Origin: Histomonas meleagridis 2922-C6/04-290x
Taxonomy: Eukaryota; Protista; Parabasalia
Length of the DNA stretch: 64,000 nt
Assembly: GCA_020184695.1 (NCBI GenBank)
Contig: JAANOX010000220.1
Span: forward strand, 1 to 64,000
Direction of reading: 5' to 3'
Part shown: in pieces, positions 10,034 to 21,200 of the stretch
How positions within the stretch are numbered: the first letter of the stretch is position 1
How the letters are laid out: the number at the start of each line of letters is the position of its first letter
Program-made: the position numbers and the translations under genes
The notes under the pieces: model-generated
Seen by the model: only the letters and a program-made list of their open reading frames with translations
What the model was told of the DNA's origin: nothing
Databases searched by the model: none

Positions 10034-12262
10034 TTATTGCGAACCTATATAAAAGTTTTTGACATTAGTGTCAATTCCTTTTTGTTCAAGAAGTAATTTA
10101 ACGATTTCCTTGTGGCCATTTTCAAATGCGATTTTAAGTGCTGTTCTAAATATTTTAAATAATTTCCAAATATTGTTTTGAATTTTTAAAATATTAAAAT
10201 CAATATTAAGTAAAATAAATTAATATCTTCAGCATTAATATCAATTCCTTTTTGTTCAAGAAGTAATTTAACTATTTTTATTTTACCTTTTTCAGTTGCT
10301 AAAATGAGTGCTGTATTAAATAATTTAAATAATTTCCAAATATTATTTTGAAATATCAAATTATTAAAATAAATTTTGAATAAAACAAATAAATATCTTT
10401 AGCATTAATATCAATTCCTTCTTGTTCAAGAAGTAATTTAACTATTTCTGTATGACCATTTGAAGATGCAATTATAAATGCTGTCTTAAATAATCTAAGT
10501 AATTTCCAAATATTAATTTGGAATCTCAAATTATTAAAATAAATATAAAATAAAACACATAAATATCTTGAATATTTAAATCAATTTCTTTTTGTTCAAG
10601 AAGTAATTTAACTATTTCTGTATTACCATTTGAAGATGCATGCATAAGTGCAGTCCAAAATAATTCAAATAATTCTTAAATATTATTTTGAAACATCTAA
10701 TTCTTATAATAAATATCAAGCTAATAAAATTAATATCTCTATCATTAATATCAATTCCTTTTTGTTCAAGAAACAATTTCACTATTTCTGTATTACTACT
10801 GAAAGATGCCATTATTAATGCTGTATAAAATAATTTATATAAATTCCAAATATTATTTTGAAATAGGAAATTATTAAAATAAATATCAAATAAAACAAAT
10901 AAATATTTTTAGCATTAATATCAATTCCTTTTTGTTCAAGAAGTAATTTAACTATTTCTATATAACCTTTCCAAGATGCTTCTATAAGTGCTGTATTAAA
11001 TAATTTAAATAATTTCCAAATATTATTTTGAAATATCAAATTATTAAAATAAATTCTAAATAAAACAAATAAATATTTTTAGCATTAATATCAATTCCTT
11101 CTTGCTCTAAAATATATTTAACATATTCAATATTTCCGGAATAAGCTAAAATATTTTCTGTAATTCGATGAGTTTCAAGAAAATATTTTGTAAGATATAT
11201 ATTTTCTATTGTTGCTGATGCATTAATAATTTCATCATCAATTTTCATTCCTTTTTCAAGTAAAAACATAAAAATTTCATAATTATAATATAAAATACAT
11301 ATCTTTCCTAAATATTCTAAAGAATCAATTTCTTCGTTTTTGTTTTCATAAAGATAATGAAAGATATCATTTTGATGGAATTCAATTGCTGTTTTATATG
11401 GTTTTTCAAATGTTGAATGATTTTGCTCACACAAATGAACAATTTCAATATTTCCACCTGCAATTGCATATTTACCTGTGCTACTTACATTTGCACCATT
11501 TATAAGTAAATATTTAAAACATTTAATTGATCCGAAAAACGCTGCATAATCAATTAATGTAACATTTTCTTGATTAACAAAATCACATCTTTCATAAAGT
11601 GATGGTTCAATTATTTGGTTAAAATCAAAATTTGTTTGTGATGATATTTCTTGAAGTTTTTCTATTTCATCATTTCGAATTATTTTAGCAATTAGATTTG
11701 GATTAACTCCTTCTCTAATTAATTTCTTATGAAGTTCAAAACCATTTTTTGAAAGTTCTACATAGTTTGTCTTGAATTTCTTCTTGAAATAACTATAGTC
11801 CAATTTCTTAAAATCTTTTTTTGACATATAATGTACAAAATATACATCATTTGTGTTTCGAACAATTGCTGGATTAAGCAAATTATTTACAACCAATTCT
11901 TCAAGAAGATAATGTGATTCTTGTTTGTGTTTGTTCATAAGAAAACGTGTAAATATATCAAAAATGAATGATTCATTGAATTTTTTGTTGTTTTTTTCTA
12001 ATATTTCAATTTCTTTGAGAAAAATAATATAAATATCAAATTCATTCATTCTTGTGATGACAATTGTGTATATTATTTGCAATATAAATGTATTAAAAAA
12101 TATTGGATAAGTATTATCAAATTTGTTAATGATTGATTTTGCAGATTGAACAATATTTCCTTTATTTACATCTAATATTATATCTTTAATATATAAAAGT
12201 ATTCCCATTTTATCATGAAATTCTTGAACTGGATTTTTTCCTACAAAATTTGGTGGTTCCAT
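10034..12262 (-). CDS. DUF3447-like/ankyrin-repeat protein interrupted by 24 17-nt spacers (606 aa after removal)
   Basis: ORF 11036-12295 has the trichomonad DUF3447-type region (YAAFFGSIKCFKYL, YAIAGGNIEIVHLCEQ, TAIEFHQNDIF). Removing four 17-mers from each 80-nt block starting at 11074, 10904, 10734, 10564, 10394 and 10224 gives an open frame to TAA at 10036-10034 (2229-408=1821 nt). Confidence 0.8.
10071..11100 (-). repeat. Tandem array of six 170-bp ankyrin units
   Basis: tcaattcctt or a near match recurs at 10071, 10241, 10411, 10581, 10751, 10921 and 11091: exact 170-bp period = 102 coding + 4x17. Confidence 0.95.
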
Positions 12263-12856
12263 GTATAATTTATGTATGTCTTGAAAACTTATCAATACTT
12301 AACTTTTTGCTTGAAATGAGCTAAAAATCTGTTAATTTAATTGAATTTCTTGATAAAGTTCGCACTTTTAGTGAAATTATACTCATTTTCTCGATAATGT
12401 GTTGACAAAAAAAATTAAAATCACTTATAGCTTGTCACTAAACCCACAAAACATTTGTTATGCTTGAGGAAAAGTGACATTCAGTAGTACCCTGTAATAG
12501 AAATATGTTCATTTTTTCGACGATGAAGAATTATCAATAAATTTGATCTTCCCATATGTTTTTTTGTTGAGTTCGATATATTAAATCTCTTTTTGCTGGT
12601 AAGCAAAAAATCATATATGGCATGCCTAGATGCCTTAAACCTTCCTTTTGATTCAATCCTTGAGCTCAAACGTCAATTTACATTTATTGTGTTTCTCACA
12701 AGATTATCCACGACATATTCCTAACGAAACAATTATAACGAATGGAATCTCTTGAGCCAAAACATGAATCACATTCGCCACAACTTCAACGCCATTCACA
12801 TATCAAATCAACAGAAGTTCCATATAAATAATGTTTAAGAATAAATAAGTAACTGC

Positions 12857-15810
12857 TTATGTATATACTATTTCGTCATTTTTTCCTTTATCTTTTCCTT
12901 TCTTCTTATTATCCTTCTTATCCGGTATATCGTCTGGTACGTCTGGAGCTCCACATCATAGACGGCGTCATACCTGTGTATCTTCTTCTCATTATTTCTC
13001 TCTTCTTTTCTCTATTTACGATTAATCTTTCGCTTGTGTCATCGTGTATTGGTATCAATCTCAAGATCGCTCCTACGATTAGTTCAGTCAATGCGAATCC
13101 GACTGAGTACAGCCATTGTTTCCAACCCAATCCGATGCAACCGAAGACGTCACCACCGAATTCCACCAAAATGACCTGCACGACAACAATTAGCACGAAC
13201 AAACCCCAGAAGTATGGGTTAGAGAAGAATCCTTCGAAGAATGATTGCGATTGATCAGTTACGCGTGAGTTCAATAAGTTAAACACTTGGCAAAAGACAA
13301 ATGTGTTCCATAAGAATGTGCTTTGTGCTTTGTCATTCGATGTATCTAATTCGAAGAACTTCTCAGCACCAAATAGCACAAGTAAACATAAACCTGTTTG
13401 CCATAATGCATGGACAATGATGTTACGATACATTAAGCGTGATATTAATGCACCACTTTCTCCATAGGGTGGTCGATCTAATAATGATTCGATTGGACCT
13501 TTAGTAGCTAATGCTAAAGCTCCAATAGAGTCCATAATTAATGAAACCCATAAAAGTTGGATAGCTCTAAATGGTGACCCTTGTAATATACATGAGCCGA
13601 CAAATGAGATAATTAATGCACAAACATTAACTGTTAATTGGAATTGTAAGAAACTTCGGACATTATCATAGATACATCGCCCCCATTTTAATGCAGAGAC
13701 AATACTATTAAAGTTATCATCTAATATAACTATATCAGAGGCCATCTTAGCTAACTCTGTACCACATTGTCCCATAGCTAATCCAACATTAGCTTTACGT
13801 GACGCAGTAGAATCATTTGAGCCATCACCTGTAACAGCAACAACTTCACCACATTCCATTAATAATGATACTAATCGATACTTATCAAGTGGGGAAGAAC
13901 GTGCTAATACTTGTAACTTAGGTAATCGATCAATTAATTGTACCTTTGACATTGACGAGAATTCTTTTCCAAGCATTGCATGTCCATCTTCTGTTAAGAT
14001 ACCACATTGTCTTGCAATAGATACAGCTGTGTTAATATTATCACCTGTAACCATACGAACTAAAACACCAGCTTGTTTACATTGTTCGATAGCATGTGGT
14101 ACTTCTGGTCTTAATGGATCTCGAATACCACAAACACCTATAACAATTAAATTACATTCAACATTAGCTGGATCATTCCAATCATCATCGAATTCAGTGC
14201 CTTCTAATTCACCATATGTAATTAACATTGTACGTAATTGATCATCTGCAAATTCATTAACACGTTGAATGATATCTTCTGATGTAACTTCATCTAATTC
14301 CTTAATTTCATTTGATAAATTAATATAATGTGTACATTTCTTAATTAATATTTCTGGTGCACCTTTAGCATATACTCTATATCCATTATCATGTGGTACT
14401 ACTGATGACATTCTCTTACGTGTAGAATTAAAGTCATGTAATACTGCTGTTGGATGTAATTCTCGAATTTCTTTATAGTCATAACCTGCTTCTGTAATCA
14501 TTTTGTAATAATGCACATTCGGTACTTTTGCCGACATATGAAGGTTTGGTATCTCCTGGCTTAACAGTCATGTAAGCATTAGTATTACATGCAATCGAAT
14601 CAGCCATTAAATTCATGACTTCTTTCGGTATACCATTAGCTGGATTATCATCGAAGTCTTGGCCATCCATATAAAACTTAACAACAGTCATCTTGTTCTG
14701 TGTAAGTGTACCTGTTTTATCCGAACAAATTGTTGTTGCACCACCCATAGTTTCACATGCAGACATATTACGTACGAAGTTATTATCACGCATCATCTTC
14801 TTCATAGAAAATCCTAATGAAATAACTACAGCTAATGGTAAACCTTCTGGAACAGCTCCAATGAATATAGTAAATGATACCATTAAATTATCCATTAATG
14901 ACGTAAGGAATTTACGTTCCCATTTCTTACCAACAATGTTTCGAATCCATAAGATCAACAATACAACAAATGTTAAAATAGCACCAACAAGTCCCATGTA
15001 AGTGATCTTAACTGCAACGTCATCAAGTTTCTTCTCTAATGGTGTCTTCTCACCAGCAGAACTAATCTCATTAAGTTTCAACATAGTAATTCCACTTTGT
15101 GAATTCTTTCCAACTGCACATACTAAGATCATGGCATCACCAGAGTCTACAGCTGTGCCCGAAAACACAACTGGATTTTGTTCATTAACACGAATTGGAA
15201 CACTTTCACCAGTGGTTTGGGAATTATCAACATAGAAGGCATGTCCTGAGATATAGATACCATCAACTGGAATCGCATCTCCGTTTTTAAGGGATAATAT
15301 ATCTCCAACTAAAATTTCTGTTGATAAAATTTGTTTTTCTTCGCCGGATCGAATGACATTAACAAGAAATTCATTCTTTAGACGACTTACTCCTATAAAT
15401 GCTTTCTGTTGCGTATAGTTAATTTGTGCTGTAACACAACTGACAATTAAAGAACATAAAAGAATGGCAACAGGATCAATAAAATGAACCCAACCTTGAT
15501 CATAACTAAATATGGCTGTAAGTACAATTGAAATAAGGGAAATGATTACAAGAATTTTCAACATTAAATCTTTGAATGTATAAAGGAAAAATCCACACCA
15601 TGAACGAGTGGGTGGATCTGGTATAATATTTACACCCCACTTTTCTTTCCTTTCTTTATACCCTGAAGCTTCTTCTGTAGCCGAAATTCCGTTGTGAAGA
15701 TCTGTCTGAAATTCATTAACAAGACCTTCGATGCCACCAAACTCAGCTAACTCAGAAGCATTCCCACGCTCGAAGAAATCAGCGAGGTGGTCGATTGTAA
15801 TGCTTTTCAT
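12857..15810 (-). CDS. P-type Ca2+-ATPase (type IIB, PMCA-like), split by one clear and one probable frameshift
   Basis: TGES, PEGLPLA, DKTGTLT, KGAPE, DPLRPEV, MVTGDN, TGDGSND across ORFs 14479-15810 and 12918-14537. The frames join if one A of CAAAATG (~14501-14504) is removed. A probable true C-terminus lies in another frame ending at 12857. Confidence 0.9.
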
Positions 15811-16369
15811 GCAAATGTTTTCTTCACATGGTTAAACGATAGGATACTGAGGTTAAACAGAAAAAGTTCAAAAAAGAAATTTTCTGACACGAATTCAATT
15901 AACGTTACATTATTGAGAAAGCAAAGGAGTTTCAACAAAAAGATGTTTTTGAAATCAGGAATAAAAATATCTCAATAACTTAACATGATCATGAAACAAA
16001 AATCGATCACTAAAAGTGCAAAACAATTTTTCAAATAACACCAACACCAAATAATAATAACCGGTTAGTTTGGGCTTATTTCATGCAAGAACAACATTGA
16101 ATAATTTATTATCATGACTTAACGAACGTTTGAACATGTAAAAGTGACGTCATTCTAAGACCGTTACTATTCAACTAAAGCCGTCGGTGACTTCACGTCA
16201 CATTGTCAAATTTTTTTATTTACAACAGCAACGTTCATCTGCTTCTCAAAAATTGTTAAGGCCATTCAAATTTCAATAAATCCAACGTCATTTGTTGGGT
16301 GAAATTCACTCATGATTATATCTCATTTACAGATTCAAAGTTATTACTTTATTGAAGTTTTATTATTCT

Positions 16370-17926
16370 TCAAAAGTAAAGGTCTCTTTCACCATTTTTG
16401 ATTCTCTCTATTCTCTTCTTCGTTTCTTCTCTTCTTTTGACGTCTTCTATTTTGTTTATTTCTTTTTCTATCAGCTTCCATCCGATCTTCTTTGTTTCCG
16501 GCTTTGCATAATCGATCAAATACTCTGCCAATGTTTGCAATGCGTTTGGATGGCAGTGCTTATGGATTTCACCAGTCTTTGCCCATTTCATGAATGCCTC
16601 ACCAGTTCTACCTAATCTATAGCAAGCAGTGCACCAACTTGGTACATATCCATCTTCCATAAGGCTCCTAACAATTTCATCCATAGATCTATGATCGTAA
16701 ATGTTAAATTGTCCCTTAGATCCATCGTCACCTTTGTCGTTATAAGAACCAACTTCGGTACTTGAAGCTGCGCTGATTTGCGAGATACCGATCTTCAAAA
16801 GTTGGTCGCGCATTTCCTTGTTTTCGCGTGTTGAGATGATCATTCCAGTGTATGGAACAGCGCAACGTGTTACTGCAATGATCTTCTTGAAGTCTTCGTC
16901 ACTAACAACGTGCGGTGGATTCTCTGATAATGGTGTACCTGTAGCTGGACGAATACGTGGGAATGATATTGTGTGTGGACCAGTTCCATAAGTTTTATCC
17001 AAGTGTTGTGAGTGCTGAAGCATTGCGAGAACTTCAAATCGATGATCGTAGAGACCGAATAAAGCGCCAATTCCGACATCGTCAATACCACCGAGTTGTG
17101 CGCGATCCATACACGTGATACGATAATCGTAGTCACTCTTTGGTCCGAATGGATGATATTTCTTGAAGGATTCGCGATGATATGTTTCTTGGAAAACTGT
17201 ATATGTTCCTACACAACCTAATGATTTAAGACGTCGCATGTCAGAGACAGAAAGCGTTGGGATTTCGACGTTAATACGACGGATTTCGCCCGATTTACCT
17301 GTCTTGGTTTCAGATGCAGCTTTGACAGCGCTAAGGAATTGATCAAATGTGTACTCTGGTGACTCGCCTGTAAGCATCAGAATGCGCTTGTGCCCCATTC
17401 GCTCAAGAAAACGAACTTCTTCTTTGACTTCTTCGTTTGTAAGTTTGCTACGTTCGATTGAAGTGTTGCTTCCACGATAACCACAATATGTACATGAGCA
17501 ATTGCAATAGTTGGCAACATAAAGTGGGGCAAAGAGAACTATACGGTTTCCATATATGTGATTCTTAATGTCGAAGGCTGTTTGATATAACTCATCAAGA
17601 GCAACGTGGTTGTCCGATGAGATGTTAAGAAGTGTTGCAGCTTCAGGAATAGTAAGCCCAAGCATGAACTCTTTATTTGATGCAGGTACATCTTTAAGTG
17701 TGGCACAATCCTTGGCTTTGGCAAGGATTTCACGAACGTAGCCAATATCCTTGGCACGGTCATTAGTTTCCACAATAGCTTTCATGATTTCATCTTCACG
17801 GATAATCGTGCTGGGATCTGGAAGTTTATGAGGTTCTTTCTCAGGTGACCACTTTGTCCCGGTTATGCATTGCTTAGAGATGTTACGCACAAGTGATGCT
17901 CTCAGTGATGAAACGCTGCTAAGCAT
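16370..17926 (-). CDS. hydG: [FeFe]-hydrogenase maturase HydG (radical SAM) with hydrogenosomal-type N-terminal leader
   Basis: LFAPLYVANYCNCSCTYCGY (CxxxCxxC), FQETYH, DDVGIGALFGLY, PSWCTACYR...HCHPNAL; leader MLSSVSSLRASLVRN. Confidence 0.95.
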   Translation of the reverse strand: MLSSVSSLRASLVRNISKQCITGTKWSPEKEPHKLPDPSTIIREDEIMKAIVETNDRAKDIGYVREILAKAKDCATLKDVPASNKEFMLGLTIPEAATLLNISSDNHVALDELYQTAFDIKNHIYGNRIVLFAPLYVANYCNCSCTYCGYRGSNTSIERSKLTNEEVKEEVRFLERMGHKRILMLTGESPEYTFDQFLSAVKAASETKTGKSGEIRRINVEIPTLSVSDMRRLKSLGCVGTYTVFQETYHRESFKKYHPFGPKSDYDYRITCMDRAQLGGIDDVGIGALFGLYDHRFEVLAMLQHSQHLDKTYGTGPHTISFPRIRPATGTPLSENPPHVVSDEDFKKIIAVTRCAVPYTGMIISTRENKEMRDQLLKIGISQISAASSTEVGSYNDKGDDGSKGQFNIYDHRSMDEIVRSLMEDGYVPSWCTACYRLGRTGEAFMKWAKTGEIHKHCHPNALQTLAEYLIDYAKPETKKIGWKLIEKEINKIEDVKRREETKKRIERIKNGERDLYF

Positions 17927-17929
17927 TCA

Positions 17930-17934
17930 AATGA
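17930..17934 (-). promoter_or_regulatory. Initiator (Inr)-like TCATT core promoter element
   Basis: CCATTCATTTGAATG on the minus strand immediately upstream of the hydG ATG; Inr TCA(+1)Y is the established trichomonad core promoter. Confidence 0.55.
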
Positions 17935-18265
17935 ATGGCCTAAAATTTGAGAGCGATAAGTCACATCACATCACTTTCCGGCGCATTCAATTTGTGAAAC
18001 AGTTAGAAATGAATGGTTTATAGATGATTATCTACGGTTTGCCGCGGAAGTACGATAACACAAATCATTTGAATTAATAATTTTATTGTCATTACTCAAA
18101 AAACATTTACAAATACTTTAGTTAAAGCCCTTTATAACGTTTAAAAGCTGTAAATACAATGCAAATGTTCAGTTACGAAAACAATAATTATCGCAAAGTA
18201 AACTATTCAAAAATTCGAGTGCGTCACTTTTAATCGCTGATTTAACAAAATAATACAATTCAGTT

Positions 18266-21200
18266 TTAGTCTTCAATTTTTGCATCATCAACAGATTCGG
18301 ACGAACTAAAGTTCTTTCTATTCTTCTTAAAAACAGCGAAATACAAAACTGATCCAACGCCAACAGCGACGACAACAATCACTGCAATAACAATTCCTGC
18401 AATTGCACCGTCAGAGAGTGAAGATCCTTCTTTGCCATCATCTACGCCGCTATTAGTTCCTTCACTGTTTACATCACTTGCAACGTCACTTTTCACCTCA
18501 CTTGCAACGTCACTTTTCACTTCACTTCCCTCTGGGTGAGATTCATCTTCATCTCCTTCGATAACACTTTTATCAACTTCTGAAGTGTGTTGACTTTGTT
18601 CAGGCTCTGGTTGAGCTGTAGGTGTAGTAGGTGGCTGTGGTATTGGGTTAACAGTGATTTCTTCATCTTCCACTGGTGCTGACTCAGGTATATTTGAGTC
18701 TATTGTTGTATCTTTAGATGTCACATAAATAGTTGTTTTATCTTTAGATGCAATTAATTTATAGTTACCTGAATTAGTTGTTTGCATTGATGACATTATC
18801 GTTTCGATGTTTTCTGCGCTTAATCCGGTAATGATTGCATGTGTTTCACCTTCATCATCACTTGTTAAAGTAGCGCTATCTATATTCAAGTCATATGTGA
18901 ATGACTTTGGCACAAAAGTTCCATCGATAATTTTAATTAGTGGCCAATATACATTACGCGTAATTTTTACATCTGTTGTTGATTGTACATCGCAATTATT
19001 TAATGTAACATTTGAACCAGTCAAAGTTAAAGTCTTTGTAATTATCAATCCATTCATTGTATTTTCTACTTCATCAATAGTTACATCTAAACCTTTCGTA
19101 TTAACTGCGTCAAGTGTTGATTCTGTATATATATTAATTTTATTATAAGAGCATGAAAAATTGGAATCTGATGAAATATCACATGTCGAAGTAGTGACAT
19201 CTATACCAGCGATTTTGAAACTATCGAATACTCCCAAACCTAAAGATTTATGAGGAATTGGAATTATTTTAACTTTTGTTACATTAAAGAACGACGCCAA
19301 TGAATAATATAAATAATTACATTCGAGTGTAATTTCCTTATAATTGTTAAATAATATGGGATTTCTATCATATGTATCCTCATCGTCATATAAGAACTTA
19401 ATAGGTATAGTTTCCGTTCCTTCTTCTGGTTCAATTATAGTTAATTTGATTGTGGATGAAAGTCCATCGTCCATATAAAATGAATATGATGATGATGTAC
19501 CTTTAGTTCTTAAGATTGGATTTGGCGCAGTTTGGATTTTTTGCGATGTCATAATAAATGTACCGGATGTATAATCTGATTCAGTGAACACTTTATATGA
19601 ATTCGAGTTTTGGAATTTCGAAAATGCTGTTTCATCCCCTTTAAGACCCGGCGAAGGTATTATAATTTTTGAACTATCATAATTAAAATGACCGAAGTAA
19701 ACAGACTGGAATTTATATGTAGTTAAACTATTGCTATGTATATTATCAGTTATAAAAAATGTCGGATTCCAATATGTATATGTGGATGGAATAGTTTCAA
19801 CACCTTCGACTTTAAGTGATTTAAACTTAAAGTTGATTGATAATGAATAATAAAATATCGTTGCTCCTGTTGTATATATTTCACAATCATATGAACCTGA
19901 TGGGAAATATTCGGCTTTAATATAATTCTTTTCATCATTTGAAGTTGAAACATAAACTTTAAGTTTATCTTTCTTTAATGTGTATTCCTTTAAATCCGAA
20001 AGATATGATAATGTAATAAATTCTTTTTCCATATTATAAGGTGTCGTAGCACCATTTACAACAAATATTGCTGTTTGAATAATTGGTACACATGTAACTT
20101 TTAATTGATCTTCATTAAAGATGGTATTAAAATAATATTTATAATCTCCATTTTTGATATATTTATGTGTAAATGTGGAACTAATTATTGGACCTTGATA
20201 AACAATGCCTCGAACTTGTATTGGTTCGGATGTTACTTTAAGGACATTAATAGTTAATGACTTCGGTTGAATATTAGTTAATAATTTACCCGAGTTAAAT
20301 TGATATGGATTTTCGTCATTATTTGTTACTTCGATTGTAATATTAGAATTTTCTGGATGAAAGAAATCAACTGTAGTACCAACGCCAATTATAATATTAC
20401 CTGTGATAGTATTCCCTTGTAAAATAATATTGTTTGTATAATCAAGACGAAGTTCTGATGTTAATGTAATTGGTTCTGCAATCTTAACATAAGCTCTAGT
20501 GTTTTCATTAGTTGTCTTGTAATTGATAAATTCAGTCGCTGAATATTTGGTTCCTGTACATTTACTTGAGTCTGTTTGATATATACAAATTTCTTCTTGT
20601 TGTTCAAGATCAAATAATTCAAATGAATAATCAAATAAAACTTTCCGATCATTTCGAATTACATAAACTTGAACATTAATCGTATGTCCAACTACACATT
20701 TATCAATTGATTTTTGTGTAAGTTGTATTGTAAGTATTCCAGGTAATCCATAATTACCTTTGTTAATATTCAAACTAACATAATCTAAAAGAGAATTATC
20801 ATCTCGTGTAATATGTACTATAATTTGATCAACAGTCGTTGTTTCTTCATTAAAGATTGGATGATAAATCGACCATGACTCAGGTATTTCATTAACTGGA
20901 AATGGCCCTGCTGAAGGCCATGACGTGAAGTTATTTTCGTCGTATGGTGTCATACTAATTGTTTGATCATCTGACTTTCGATATTGTAATATTGTAATTG
21001 GTGGATATGATAATACATATGAACCTTTATCGACTTTAGTCGTAGGATAAAAACCAATTCCAACTTCTTTAAGATATGGATAAAATAACCAGCGTCTATG
21101 ACTTAAGATACCTAAGTTATTATCACCTTGATCAGATATAAAGTTACGGATTCCTTCAAAACTGGACTCAAAGCCCATAGTTATTAAACTATTTGCTGCA

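Noticed and set aside
10995-11074. Spacers as long-read sequencing artefacts
   Set aside because: Slot-specific sequences recur identically at loci kilobases apart on both strands, and lengths are exact in 55 counted cases in intact repeats. Sequencing errors give 1-2 nt indels, as in the ATPase.
10991-11076. One conventional intron per repeat (AT...AC or AT...ACAG)
   Set aside because: An AT-AC cut (84 nt) leaves a frameshift. An AT-AG cut (86 nt) deletes the conserved D-x-x-G-x-T, and some copies have ACTG rather than ACAG. Only the 4x17 parse restores the consensus in all intact blocks.
10071-11100. 170-bp array as a CRISPR array or satellite
   Set aside because: The conserved part is protein-coding ankyrin helix sequence in a eukaryote; no cas genes, and repeat/spacer sizes do not fit.
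12481-12800. Small minus-strand ORFs downstream of the ATPase
   Set aside because: No recognisable motif; the faint likeness to the ATPase TM4 segment is not convincing.
16370-17926. HydG in a eukaryote as a novelty
   Set aside because: Hydrogenosomal Hyd maturases are already established in trichomonads.
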